Positions 12,020-25,911 of a DNA stretch of 64,000 nt are shown here, one piece after another. The translations under genes were made by a program, and so were the position numbers. Each line of letters opens with the position of its first letter. Positions within the stretch are counted from its first letter, which is position 1. This DNA is from Octopus sinensis. Its lineage: Eukaryota. A model generated the notes under the pieces. That model was not told the origin of the DNA and ran no database searches. It worked only from the letters and a program-made list of their open reading frames with translations. The stretch is taken from contig NC_042997.1 of assembly GCF_006345805.1 (NCBI RefSeq), forward strand, positions 48,856,001 through 48,920,000. The letters are read 5' to 3'.

Positions 12020-12328
12020 GTTGTTGTTGTTGTTGTCGTTGTCGTTGCTGTTGCTGGAAATATGAGGCTCATGACGATGGTAATATGGCGATGAACGATG
12101 ATGATGATGACGACGACGACGACAATGATGGTGATGATGATGACGACGATGACGATGATGATGACGACGATGATGACGATGATTATGATGATGATGATGA
12201 TGACGACCACGATGATGATAATGATGATGACGACCACGATGATGATAATGATGATGGCCATGACGACTATGGCCATGATGATGTTCATCATCATCACCAT
12301 CATCATTATCATCGTCTTCATCATCATT

Positions 12329-12368
<40 letters not shown>

Positions 12369-12725
12369 CCGACGAGGACGACGAAGATGATGATCTTGAC
12401 CAGGATGAGGATGATGAATGATGCTTTTGCTGTCGAGGATTGTATTACAACTGTTGCCGTTGTTCATTCTTCTTGAAGTTGGTGAAAATATACAGCTTCT
12501 CATCCTCCTACTACTTTTGTTGTTGTTACAGGGGCTTTTTAAAGTTTTAAATTGCTTTTTATACTCATATTGATCATCATAATCATCATCATCAACATAA
12601 ATAGTAATAATAATAATAATAATAATAGTAATATTGGTAATAATAATAATAATAATAATAATAGTAATAATAATAATAATAATAATAGTAATAGTAGTAA
12701 TAATAATGATGATGATGATGATGAT

Positions 12726-12777
<52 letters not shown>

Positions 12778-12839
12778 TAATAATAATAATAATGATGATG
12801 ATGATGATATTAATAATAATAATAATAATAATAATAATG

Positions 12840-12876
<37 letters not shown>

Positions 12877-12921
12877 TGATGATGATGATGATGATATATA
12901 ATAATATAATAATAATATAAT

Positions 12922-12960
<39 letters not shown>

Positions 12961-13007
12961 ATAATAATAATAATAATAATAATAATGATGATTATGATGA
13001 TATTATA

Positions 13008-13038
<31 letters not shown>

Positions 13039-13042
13039 CTGA

Positions 13043-13089
<47 letters not shown>

Positions 13090-13163
13090 TGATGATGAAT
13101 TTAATATATAATAATAATAATAATGATAATCATAATAATATAATAATAATAATAAGAATAATG

Positions 13164-13194
<31 letters not shown>

Positions 13195-13235
13195 TGATGA
13201 TGATATTAATAATAATAATAATAATAATAATAATG

Positions 13236-13284
<49 letters not shown>

Positions 13285-13376
13285 AATGATAATATAATAA
13301 TAATAATAATAATAATGATGATGATGATGATATTAATAATAATAATAATAATAATAATGATGATGATGATGATGAT

Positions 13377-13416
<40 letters not shown>

Positions 13417-13418
13417 TG

Positions 13419-13476
<58 letters not shown>

Positions 13477-13500
13477 TGATGATGATGATGATGATAGTAA
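12020..13500. repeat. Compound trinucleotide array: (GTT)n, (GAT/GAC)n, (CAT)n, then about 0.9 kb of (AAT)n interleaved with (GAT)n
   Basis: Seen directly. It explains the poly-M/D/H/I/N ORFs in the track. Confidence 0.95.
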
Positions 13501-14222
13501 TAATCAACATTATTTCCGTTATTATCGTTCTGATGTTCCGTGTATGTTTTTGAGAAGACGAATGTAATGCATTGGTTGAGGCTCTTGTAGTGACGATGAT
13601 AATGATGGTGACGATTCCCTACCACCACCACCAACAACAACAACAACACAACAACCAACACCTCTACGACGATAACGAGGACAACGATAACCTTGGTGAT
13701 ACGGATAAAGATCGTCATCATAGTCATAATCACAAGATCACTCTGATATTGCATGTGCTGAATATGATCAACGCTTTCTCTGTTTGCTTTTTTCCTTTTA
13801 TTTATTTTTTATTGCAGAATTTTTTTTTTTTTTTTTTTTGCAGAAAAGGATTTTTTGATTGCAGAAAAGGATTTTTTGATTACAGAAATGGTTTGACACA
13901 CTCAAAATACTTCCATGTATTTTGCCACGAGTTCAAATTCTACGTAGCACCAACTTCTGTTTCTTTATTTTTTTTCTTAAAAACACCAGTAAAGTATAGT
14001 GAAAATTTAATTAACTACTAATCTATCCTAATATATGTAGCCATGTGTCTATGGAAGTACATATCCACCGCGGTAGTCTTTACCTTTCATCTCTCTAGGA
14101 TCGATAACATTCGTTATCAGTTAAATACTGGATTCGATGATATTGCCCGATAGCCCGCCACAGACACACACGCACATACACATCACTGAAGAAAATTACT
14201 GATGGCAATTATTATTATTATT

Positions 14223-14745
14223 GAGTGAGAGAGTAGTGCATGCCATCAAAGTGATACTAGGGTAAAATATATGAAGCCCTGTATACCCATCATGACTACC
14301 CGTCTGATAAGGGGACACCAGGCACATGCATCAAAACCATATGTGCGCAACATGGTGATCTCATATCAAGATAAACAGCACATGACCTTGCAGTTAGAAT
14401 TTTCTTCTGGTCGATTAACCCATCCTGCTCAAATGATCCTGAATAAGGATTGTTTAAGGATGTTACAGAGGTGAACTATCCAAACCCCAAAGAATCCCTT
14501 TCAACACATGGTTATGATGCTCCCCCACTATTTCTGCCCGTGATCAGAGATGCACATATTGTCAGCCACCCAGAGACATGCTCAACTGGTTATGGTCAAA
14601 CAAATGACAAGCAAATCTGTGGTATTGAGCAGAATATTTACTGTAGCCCATCTTTTATACCAAGACAAAACAATGTACATGATAACGCTTCCAATCAGTT
14701 AAGATCAGAGGCCACGAGAGCCACTGCCTGGTACTGCATCAGGGC

Positions 14746-14749
<4 letters not shown>
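14223..14749 (-). mobile_element. AAT-associated non-coding retroposon (family N), full length
   Basis: Reverse complement of 15792-16353, with (ATT)n on both flanks. Confidence 0.85.
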
Positions 14750-14814
<65 letters not shown>

Positions 14815-15010
14815 GACGACGACGATGGAGATGATGATAATAATAATGATGACCATGATGATCATGGTGGTGGTGGTGGTGATGATGGGGACTTTCTTCT
14901 GTCGTAAAGATTGCTTTTGCGGAATAACTAACTTCTTGCCTATGTGAGCATAAATTTTGAGACATGTGTATGCATTTTTGATTAACTACACACACACACA
15001 CACACACACT

Positions 15011-15134
<124 letters not shown>

Positions 15135-15632
15135 CTTCGTGTGTATAAACCAGAGAAACATTTATTATTATGAACCATTTGAATGCAGTGAAAAGACAGA
15201 ATCGTTAGAGCGCCGAGAAATATATAATGCCTTGCGGCATATCTTCTAGTTTTTCCCATTTTAAGTTAAAATCCGTTGTGATCGACGTTGCCTTTCTGCT
15301 CTCCGGGATTGATAAAGTAAAACATAAGTCAAAAACAAATGTCTCCACAAAAACACTTTCTTCAAAAATTGTAGGTCTTGCGCTTAAATTAGAAACAATT
15401 ATTTAGATTATTGGATTATATATATTGGTTTCAAATTCTGGCACAAGACCAGCAAGTTTGGGGGAGGAGATAAGTGGATTACATTAACCTCAGTATTCAC
15501 CTGGTACATAATTTATCATCTGCGAAAGGCTGATAGGCAAAGTCGACCACGGCTGCATTTGAACTCGGGAATTAAAGACACACGAAGTCCCTCTAAGCAT
15601 TTTGCCTGGCGTGCTAAGGATTCTCGCCGACT

Positions 15633-15725
<93 letters not shown>

Positions 15726-15750
15726 GCATGAACTGCTCTCTCACTCAATG

Positions 15751-15791
<41 letters not shown>

Positions 15792-15795
<4 letters not shown>

Positions 15796-16353
15796 GCCCT
15801 GATGCAGTACCAGGCAGTGGCTCTCATGGCTTCTGATCTTAACTGATTGGAAGTGTTATCATGTACATTGTTTTGTCTTGGTATAAAAGATGGGTACAGC
15901 AAATATTCTGCTCAATACCACAGATTTGCTTGTCAGTTGTTTGACCTTAACCAGTTGAGCATGTCCCTTAGTGGCTGACGATATGTGCATATGATCTGAT
16001 CACGAGCAGAAGTAGTGGGGGAGCATCATAGCCATGTGTTGAGAGGGATTTTTTTGGGGTTTGAATAGTTCACCTCTGGAAACATGGGTGGTTCTTTCAA
16101 CATCCTTAAACAACCCTTATTCAGGGACCGTTTGAGCGGGATGGGCTACTCAACCTGAATAAAATTCTAACTGGGCCCCACCTGCAAGGTCATGTGCTGT
16201 TTATCTTGATATGAGATCATCATGTCGCGCACATATGGTTGTGATGCATGTGCCTGGTGTACCTTTATCAGACGGGTAGTCATGATGGGTATATTGGGCT
16301 TCGTATATTTTTACCCCAGTGTCACTTTGATGGCATGAACTGCTCTCTCACTC
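15792..16353 (+). mobile_element. AAT-associated non-coding retroposon (family N), 562 bp
   Basis: (AAT)n-AAATGCCCTGATGCAGTACC...GGCATGAACTGCTCTCTCACTC-(AAT)n. Closely similar copies at 17564-18139 and 18212-18789, and a 3' tip at 15724-15746. Confidence 0.85.
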
Positions 16354-16373
16354 AATAATAATAATAATAATAA

Positions 16374-17497
16374 GGGCCTTTATACAGCTGGAAAACTACT
16401 ATAAAATAACCACCATAGGACTGCAAAAATATCTACTTCAGAAGGAAGGAAAACTGATCCAGATAGCGGCAAAACACGAGCAAAACAAAAAACTGTTCTC
16501 AGTATTTAAGGAAGCTGACAAATAAAAACAAGAAATCATACCACCTAATAAACATGAAGAAGAAGAAGAAGATGAAAGAAACAACAAAAGCTATAAAACA
16601 AATGAAATCCAAACTAAAAATAGAACAGCAACGAACCATGATAAAACGATGGCAAGAAAAGCCCCTTCATGGTAAATACTGGACTAAACTAAACGCAAAA
16701 GAAATAGACAAAGAAAAATCCCAGCAATGGTTGAGAAGCTCAGGACTCAAAGCAGAAACAGAGGGATTTTTAATTGCAGCCTCCCCACCAGAAATTACCA
16801 AAAACATGTAATGAAAAGAAATATTACAAGTAACTGCAGAATATGTGGAGATGGACAAGAAACAATAAATCATATTATCTCTAGCTGCCCAGTCCTGGCG
16901 AAGAAGGAATATATTCACAGACATGACAAAGTTGGAACCTACATACATTGGAAGCTATGCCAACATTATGGAATAACAACAGAAAAAAGATGGTATAGGC
17001 ACACACCAGAAAAGGTCACAGAAAACGAGAAAGCAACCATACTCTTGGATATGCCGATACACACAGATAGAGAAATTAAGGCCAACAGACCAGATATAGT
17101 TGTCAGAGACGATGAAGAAAAAAATGCTTTCTAATTGATGTATCAATACCGGCTGATGGCAACGTGTCTCTAAAAGAAATGGAGAAACTCTCAAAATACA
17201 AAGACCTGGAAATAGAGGTAACTAGAAAGTGGAATCTGAAAACAGAAACAATTCCTATCATAGTAGGTGCATTAGGCATGATAAAAAAATATTCAGACAA
17301 ATACATAACAAAAACACCAGGAATTACAAACACATATAACATACAGAAAATTGCACTACTAGGCACTGCACACATCCTACGCAGAACACTTTCCATACAA
17401 TAACCATCGGAGCATCACAACAAATCACAACACATACCCAAGGCACACAGAGCTGCGCTCAGTAGTGAAGTGAAAGCACGCTATAAAAATAAAACTA

Positions 17498-17500
<3 letters not shown>
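16374..17500 (+). mobile_element. 5'-truncated R4/Dong-like RLE LINE (post-RT region, CCHC knuckle, PD..D endonuclease, 3' UTR) inserted in (AAT)n
   Basis: CRICGDGQETINHIISSC, RHDKVG, NRPDIVV...LIDVSIP, KYKDL and LLGTAHILRRTLSIQ* occur across ORFs 16554-16811, 16727-17134 and 17164-17403. The 3' UTR ends ACTACTG(AAT)n. There are few frameshifts. Confidence 0.9.
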
Positions 17501-17563
<63 letters not shown>

Positions 17564-17567
<4 letters not shown>

Positions 17568-18139
17568 GCCCTGATGCAGTACCAATGCCCTGATGCAGTA
17601 CCAGGTAGTGGCTCTCATGGCTTCTGATCTTAACTTATTGGAAGTGTTATCATGTACATTGTTTTGTCTTGGTATAAAAGATGGGCTACAGCAAATATTC
17701 TGCTCAATACCACAGATTTGCTTGTCAGTTGTTTGACCTTAACCAGTTGAGCATGTCCCTTAGTGACTGACGATATGTGCATCTCTGATCACGACAGAAG
17801 TAGTGGGGGAGCATCATAGCCATGTGTTGAGAGGGATTCTTTGGGGTTTGAATAGTTCACCTCTGGAAACATGGGTGGTTCTTTCAACATCCTTAAACAA
17901 CACTTATTCAGGGACCGTTTGAGCGGGATGGGCTACTCAACCTGAAGAAAATTCTAACTGGGCCCCACCTGCAAGGTCATGTGCTGTTTATCTTGATATG
18001 AGATCACCATGTCGCGCACATATGGTTGTGATGCATGTGCCTGGTGTACATTTATCAGACGGGTAGTCATGATGGGTATATTGGGCTTCGTATATTTTAC
18101 CCCAGTGTCACTTTGATGGCATGAACTGCTCTCTCACTC
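17564..18139 (+). mobile_element. Family N copy with a 19-nt duplication at its 5' end
   Basis: ATGCCCTGATGCAGTACCA occurs twice in tandem at the start. AAT tracts on both flanks. Confidence 0.85.
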
Positions 18140-18143
18140 AATG

Positions 18144-18211
<68 letters not shown>

Positions 18212-18215
<4 letters not shown>

Positions 18216-18789
18216 GCCCTGATGCAGTACCAGGCATTGGCTCTCGTGGCTTCTGATCTTAACTGATTGGAACTGTTATCATGTACATCGTTTTGTCTTG
18301 GTATAAAAGATGGGCTACAGCAAATATTCTGTTCACAACCACAGATTAACTTGTCACTTGTTTGACCATAACCAATTGAGCATGTCCCTTAGTGGCTGAC
18401 GATATGTGCATCTCTGATCACAGGAAGAAATAGTGGAGGAGCATCATAGCCATAGACTGAGAGAAATTCTTTGGGGTTTGAATAATTCACCTCTAGAAAC
18501 AAACACTGAATAAGGTTTGTCTATTATGTATAGACAAACCTGGTTCAGGGACCTTTCAAGCGGGATGTTACTCAACCTAAAGCAATTCTAATTGGGACCC
18601 ACCTGCAAAGCCATGCTGGGACACACCTGCAAGGTCATGCACTGTTTATCTTGATATGAGATCACCATGTTGCGCACATATGGTTGTGAAGCTTTGCCTG
18701 GTGTACCCTTATCAGACGGGTAGTCATGATGGGTATAATGGGGTTCGTATATTTTACCCCAGTGTCACTTTGATGGCATGCACTGCTCT
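18212..18789 (+). mobile_element. Family N copy, more diverged, 3' end clipped
   Basis: Same 5' start after (AAT)n, with an internal duplication near 18600-18640. Confidence 0.8.
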
Positions 18790-18814
18790 AAGCATTTCGC
18801 TGAGTTTCAAATTT

Positions 18815-19172
18815 TGCTAGAAGGGCAGCAATTTTGTGATGGTTTGGGTCGATTACATCGGCTTCAGTGTTCAAATGGCATTTATTCTATCGACCCCAAA
18901 AAGATGAAAGGCAAAGTCAACTTCGGCGGAATTTGAACTCAGAACGTAGCGACGGGCGAAATACCTATTTCTTTACTACCCATAAGGGGCTAAACACAGA
19001 GGGGACGAACAAGGACAGACAAACGGATCATGTCGATTATATCGCCTCCAGTGCGTAACCGGTACTTATTTAATCGACCCCGAAAGGATGAAAGGCAAAG
19101 TTGACCTCGGCGGAATTTGAACTCAGAACGTAGCGTTAAGCATTTCGTCCAGCGTGTTAAAGAACCTGCCAT
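18815..19172 (-). mobile_element. SINE family M dimer
   Basis: Type-1 junction GCGAAATAC|CTATTTCTTTAC at 18964/18965. Confidence 0.8.
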
Positions 19173-20563
19173 CTTGCCACCTAATAATAATGTTTTTTAC
19201 TCTAGTCACAAGATCCGAAATTTTGGGGGAGGAGGCCAGTTGGTTAGAAGAAGACGAAGAAGAAGAAGAAGAAGAAGAAGAAGAAGAAGAAGAAGAAGAA
19301 GGTATTAATTATTAGCTTAATTGTTGTTACTGTTCTAATTTTTGCTGTTGAAAATGGTCTTGTTAAGAAGTGTTTGGTGATGATAACGTAACGAGGATAG
19401 TGATGAAGAAGTCGAGTAGGTGTGTAATGGTGGGGATGATGATGATGATGGCAATGTCGATGGCGATGATGATGGTGATATTCATGGCGTTGAAGATTCT
19501 CTTCTACTGTCGTAAATATTGCTTTTGCGGAATACATAAATCGTTGCTTTAGTATGTCTATATTAGTATATATCTTGAAATATATGTATGCATTTTTATT
19601 GAAATTCCATTTATCTTTTCTCTTTCTTTATGCGCGCGTGTATATATATGTATGTACGTTGGACCGAGGAAGAGATGAAATCTAAAAAGTTTATATGTTC
19701 GGATGTATATGGATAATTAAACGTGCGTCCATCTATGTGTATACGTCCAGGAGTATATGCATGTGTATAAATCCATGTCGTTGCATACAGACATGTAACT
19801 GTGTACGAATGCGCTTAATGCAGCTTTAGGCTGTGGCTGTTTATTTATTTATTTATTTATTTAGGTAGGTAGGTAGGTAGGTAGGTGTTTTCCTGTGGTT
19901 ATTATTATTTATCTTTCACTGAGAAGTAAACAAATTAAATTAGCGATAAAAGAAGAAAGAAAGGAAAAGTGAGCCGGGAAGAATAATGAAAGAACGAGGA
20001 ATTGGTTCGTGGAGAACGAAGGTAGAAGAAAAAATAATGAATGAAAAAAAAAACTGAAAATGGAAAGGAATGAAGAAAGAAAATATAAAGTTTAAAAAAA
20101 AACAATAAAGAATGGAGAACGTTTGGAGAATTGAATGTAGGAAGAAAGAAAGAAAAAGAAAGAAAAACATGTTGAGGAATGAAAGTAGAAAGGGAGAAGG
20201 AAAGAAAAGTGAGAGAAAGAAAAATGAATGAAAGACAAAAAGAGAGAGATTTGTAAAGAAAGAAAGAAAGATAGAAAGAAGTTTGTTATGGGTGTAAAAT
20301 ATCCAAAAGAAAATTTATTGAAACCTCTAATATAAAAGTTGATTATCGTTATTGAATGGGGAGCACAACTAATCGTTCGTTTGGGTCAACTAATTGGAGA
20401 TTTACAACTATTACTGTATTGTTTGGGGAAGGAATGATAGTGTGCGTTTGTATTGTGTAGCTATTGTTGTGTCCCTTATCAAATGGAAAGAAATCCAGCT
20501 GAATAGAGTGGCAAAAATAAATGTTGTAAGATGTATATAACACACTTGTGCACACACACACAC

Positions 20564-20595
<32 letters not shown>

Positions 20596-20635
20596 GTACA
20601 TATACAGATGCACACATTTAGAGGTGCACACACAC

Positions 20636-20676
<41 letters not shown>

Positions 20677-23600
20677 TATACATGCATACCTATACATATC
20701 TACATTGTATGTATATGTATATATTATTATTTGTATACATATATATACATACACACACATGCATACAAGTATATACACATACATACATACATACATACAT
20801 ACATACAAATTGCAATTAAATATATCGTCTCAATTTGCAATTCTGAATTTTATGCAGTTTTCTGTTTTTAGTCTTTTGTTATCCATCGAACTGGACTGTC
20901 TGTCTGTCTGACTATACGAATGTACCTGCGTATACAGGAATGTATGTATGTGTGTATGCATGTATACACATGAGTAATGCATTGCTGTAAACAAACCTAC
21001 ATATTTTACCGTACAGTTTCATATTACTTAAGCATCCCTACAACGAAAGGATAATAAAATAATCATTGGACTTGGCTGGCCGAATCTATGTAGGTTGGAT
21101 TCTCGCGTGCTGAGGGTGAAAAGCTAATGGCATCAGGGCAACAAACCAACGATAGTTTAGCTTCAGTAAAAAATAAAATAAAATAAGGAAAACAAGTGTA
21201 AAACCGAGGGCACCATGAAATGGCAGATCGTCTACTTCCGGAGAATCCTTGAGATTGATCTGTGAAATTTAAACAAAGCTATGTAAGATTAGTCTGTGTG
21301 CTAAAATGAGTTCATTGCATTTGTGTGTATATGAACGGGATAGGATGAAGGGTGTTGAAGGATTGTGAAAGGGAGAAATGGATGGGCGGATAATGGAGAG
21401 TCAATTAGCCAGTTTGCGATGATGTATTAATATGTTGCATGTGAGTATGTCAGGTTTGGGAGAAAATATAATAATGAAAGAGCAAGTGTGTGAAGGAAGA
21501 AGAAAATACAATAGGTTTAAGAAATGGAGACGAAAGTAGGAAGATAAGGCGAGGAGAACGGTTCAATGGAAATTTTATGGATAAGGGCTAGGGTCAGGGC
21601 CAGGGTCATGGCCAGGGTCGGATGGAAGAAAAGAATGAGAGTCAAAATATGTAGAATTAGATGAAAAAAAAAAGAAAGAAATTGCAAGTAAGTCCAAAAG
21701 TGGTATAAACCAATCCTCACTTGTAGGTAGAACTCGAATAATTAGATAAAATGTACTTCTGTTCGTAAGGGCAGAGGTAGAAAGGCACGTTTTTAAAGTT
21801 TAGAGAGGCTCCCTGATTAAAATAGCGTTATCATACGTTTGAAAATAAAAAGAGAATTATTTCTGTATCTTTCAATACATCTGAACGCTTCTAAAACAAA
21901 CTTTGTTTACTTTCTTCAAAATAAATATTTCCCCCACCAAAAAGAGCCTTCTGCTTTTGTTAGGATACAGTCTGTACTTATCCAACAATCTCCAGTTGAC
22001 TTATAACGCAGAGTTATTTTTTTTTTCATTTTCTATTTCTTTTTCAACAAACATATATTCCTGGCTAATGATATGATACTAGGACTTTCTTGGATCATAA
22101 AACAGAAGTGTGATTGTTCGCTCTGATCATGAAAGGGATTTTAATTACTCCGACTAATCGACATAATTGTGTTGTCCTGCTGCCAGACCGATATGTCGAT
22201 TTACACGCTTTATATTCTTGTATTAATAGTCTCCTACATAACTATAACATTCTTTTCTTTCTTTTGTCGATCCTGTAGCACTGTTTCGTTTTTTTCCGTG
22301 CAACTTACCACTCCCTCTTATTGACTCCTTATCCTCCTCCTCTGCCCATTCCATATTATTGACAATTGCTCTTAACCTTTGATCTTTCATTATTTTATTT
22401 TACCCCACGTATATGCATTCCTATACCACCCCTCCCCAAACAGGCTACTTAACTCTTCACAACCCACTTCATCACCTTCTCTTTCTCTCTCTTTGACCCT
22501 CTTCCCTTATCTCTCACCTTAAACCACTTACCTGTTTATATACTCAAAAATACAATGCAAACTACTTGTTCATTGAACAGTCTTAGAGAGGTTGGTCTTG
22601 ACTTCAAGGGCGATAAGGATCATAAGTCTGGAAGGAATTTGCTTGGCATTTCATATTGATTTAAAATTTTGGCACAAGGCCAGCAGTTTAGCGAGAGGAG
22701 CCAAGTTGATTGATTCGACTTCAATGCTCAGCTAGTGTATATTTTATCGACCTCGAAAGGATGAAAGGCAAAGTCAACCTCGACAGAATTTAAAATCAGA
22801 TCCCACTAAGCATCTTGCCCGACGTCCCCGTATCTCCCTGATAGCCACCTTTTGAAAGTGGCCAGCAAGCATCTACAAAAAATCGAACCATCTACTTTAA
22901 ATTCTGGATGAGCGCTCTGTAACATTAAGCTAAGAAACCCCTGACAACTTCGCATTTCGTACTGCTTTCGGTTTTTCATTCCTGTTTCGTTTTTTGATCC
23001 TGTAGCCAAAGATTATTGGAGTTGCTGGCTGGGGGGTTTTCTTTCACAATTTCAGGACGAAAGAACACAAGCTATGCATTTCCAACCCTACCCTCAATGT
23101 CTGATGATTGTCTTATTATTCTTTCGTTGTCTGGAGGTCAGTTCATACAAAACTGTAAAAACAATATTTAACCCAGAACAATATCTACTGAGACTGACAT
23201 CACCAGAAAGCCTGGCGGAAGCCAATACACTTAGACCTTTACCCACATGTCCTTCTCTTACTCTATCTCTATCTCCTTCTTTCCATCTCTCTGTTTACAC
23301 ATATACTCTGTGTGTGTGCGTGTGTGTGTTGTGTGTGTGTGCATGTGTGTGTATGTTATATCCCTGCAATACCTACATTGTTGTTATGTTTATCTTTATT
23401 GATCGGGGTTTCTTTCGTTTCTGCCGAATTATTTATGTTGTTAAGTATGTACTTATTTCATTAGTTGTGGAGCGTATTTATCTAATAATAGAATTATGTC
23501 TAGACTTCTCCTGAAACATTCTTATAATATATATGTGTACGTGACAGTGGCCAAATATATAAGGCAATATATTATATATATCTTACATTTATATAATATA

Positions 23601-24113
23601 CATGTATATACATATATATACAACATATATATATACATATATATATATATAGATATATATTATAGATACATAACATATACATATACATATACATATACAC
23701 ATACACACACATACACATATACACATATATATATACTTATATATATGTAGATATATGAAGTGTATTTATATATATTATATATATACATATATACATATAT
23801 GTATGTATGTGTGTATGTATGTATGTATGTATGTATGTATGTATGTTTGACTTGTACACACTCGTACACAAACAATATTATACGCATCCAACTCTACAAA
23901 GAGATAAAGTAAAACGAAAGAAGCAACTTTAATATGGGCAACAAAACTAATATCCGAAGCAGGCAGAAATAGAGATAAGGAGCCGCCGACCATCTCCTGC
24001 TCCTCATTCTCTTCATCCAGCTCATCATCGTGTTTATTCATGTAATGATATGCAGAAAGACAGATTGATAAACAGACAGAAAATCAGACAATGAAACAGA
24101 CACACTGATACGC

Positions 24114-24146
<33 letters not shown>

Positions 24147-24210
24147 CAAACATGCATACACACATACATACACAGAGAGATAGATAGACAAAGATATAGA
24201 TAGATCTCTT

Positions 24211-24385
24211 AGGCACAGTAAGTAGCTTGTTTACCAACCACATGGTTCCGGGTTCATTCCCACTGCGTGGCACCTTGGGGAAGTGTCTTCTACTATAGGC
24301 TCAGGCTCGGACAGACCAAACCCTTGCGAGTGGATTTGGTAGGCGGAAACTGAGAGAAGCCCGTCGTATATATGTATATATATGT

Positions 24386-24448
<63 letters not shown>

Positions 24449-24676
24449 GTATGTGTTGTATATGTTTTGTGTCTGTGTTTGCTCCCCCCCAAACATCACT
24501 TGACAACCGATGATGGTGTGTTTACGTCCCCGTAACTAAGCGGTTCGGCAAAAGAGCCCGATAGAATAAGTACTAGGCTTATAAAGAATAAGTCCTAGGG
24601 TCGATTTGCTCGGCTAAAGACGGTGCTCCAGCATGGCCGCAGTCAAATGACTGAAACAAGTAAAAGAGTAAAGAGA
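24211..24676 (+). mobile_element. CORE-like SINE (family C), near full length, with internal (TA)n
   Basis: tRNA-like head GGTTCCGGGTTCATTCCC, CORE-like ACCTTGGGGAAGTGTCTT, internal microsatellite at about 24365-24465, and tail ...CAAATGACTGAAACAAGTAAAAGAG. Confidence 0.85.
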
Positions 24677-24786
24677 GATATAGATAGATAGATACATATA
24701 TGCATAAATGCATAGATACATACGTCTATTCATAAATAAAAAAATATATACACTTTTATCTTTTATTTAAGTCATTAGAACTGTGG

Positions 24787-25181
24787 TTGTGGAGGCGCAA
24801 TGGCCCAGTGGTTAGGGCAGCGGACTCGCGGTCATAGGATCGCGGTTTCGATTCCCAGACCGGGCGTTGTGAGTGTTTATTGAGCGAAAACACCTAAAGC
24901 TCCACGCGGCTCCGGCAGGGATGGTAGTGATCCCTGCTGTACTCTTTCACCACAACTTTCTCTCACTCTTACTTCCTGTTTCTGTTGTACCTGTATTTCA
25001 AAGGGCCGGCCTTGTCACTCTCTGTGTCACGCTGAATATCCCCGAGAACTACGTTAAGGGTACACGTGTCTGTGGAGTGCTCAGCCACTTACACGTTAAT
25101 TTCACGAGCAGGCTGTTCCGTTGATTCGGATCAACCGGAACCCTCATCGTCGTAACCGACGGAGTGCTTCCATGATGGAGG
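24787..25181 (+). mobile_element. tRNA-derived SINE, family T, tail Y, full length with 10-bp TSD
   Basis: A and B boxes present. AGAACTGTGG is duplicated at 24777-24786 and 25182-25191. The copy sits inside a minus-strand family C tail. Confidence 0.9.
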
Positions 25182-25259
25182 AGAACTGTGGCCACGCTGG
25201 AGCATTGCCTTGTAGGGCTGGTCGAACAAATTAACGCCATTACTATTTGAAGTCTGATA

Positions 25260-25545
25260 AACTTATTAATTCGTCGACCTCGGCAGCATTTGAACTTAGA
25301 ATGTAAAGACAGAAGAAATACCTATTTCTTTATTGCCCACAAGGGGCTAAACACAGAGAGGACAAACAAGGACAGACAAAGGGATTAAGTCGATTATATC
25401 GACCCCAGTGCGTAACTGGTACTTATTTAATCGACCCCGAAAAGATGAAAGGCAATGTCGACTTGGCAGAATTTGAACTCAGAACGTAGCGGCAGAAGAA
25501 ATATCGCTAAGCATTTTTCCGTCGCGGTAACGATTCTATCAGCCT
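25260..25545 (-). mobile_element. SINE family M dimer
   Basis: Type-1 junction at 25321/25322. Confidence 0.75.
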
Positions 25546-25911
25546 CTATATAAATAAATATTACTGTGCAAAGATACGTCAGGGTTATTATTATTTACAT
25601 CATAACACTCCTCCTCACCGTTATCATTGTCATCCTCTTCTGTTAGCATGAACGGTAATCTTCAACACAAGTGACGTGGGATACTCATCATTGAATTCTG
25701 CGATATACAAACACGCAGAGATAGAGAGACCAAGACTAAAGGCCAGATACAGTTGTCAGAGAGAACCAAGAAAAATTGCCTTCTAATAAACAATCCCTAC
25801 AATAACAAGTGCATTAGGTATGATTACATCTGATATTACACAGTTGCATTACATCCGGTATTACACTGCTAGCAAAATACTCTTGATTGTTAGTCTTAAT
25901 GGCACTTTTCT

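Noticed and set aside
10756-13754. Dozens of long ORFs (poly-I/N/M/D/H, YIYI, VCVC) here and throughout the window
   Set aside because: They are translations of di-, tri- and tetranucleotide microsatellites that lack stop codons, with no coding signal.
15634-18789. Repeat-spacer-like alternation resembling a CRISPR or satellite array
   Set aside because: The context is eukaryotic. The units are retroposon copies separated by variable AAT tracts, and there are no cas genes.
24789-24865. tRNA-like sequence as a true tRNA gene (also 515-588, 8730-8803, 46560-46629)
   Set aside because: There is no proper acceptor stem or terminator, and each continues into a repeated SINE body, so these are SINE heads.
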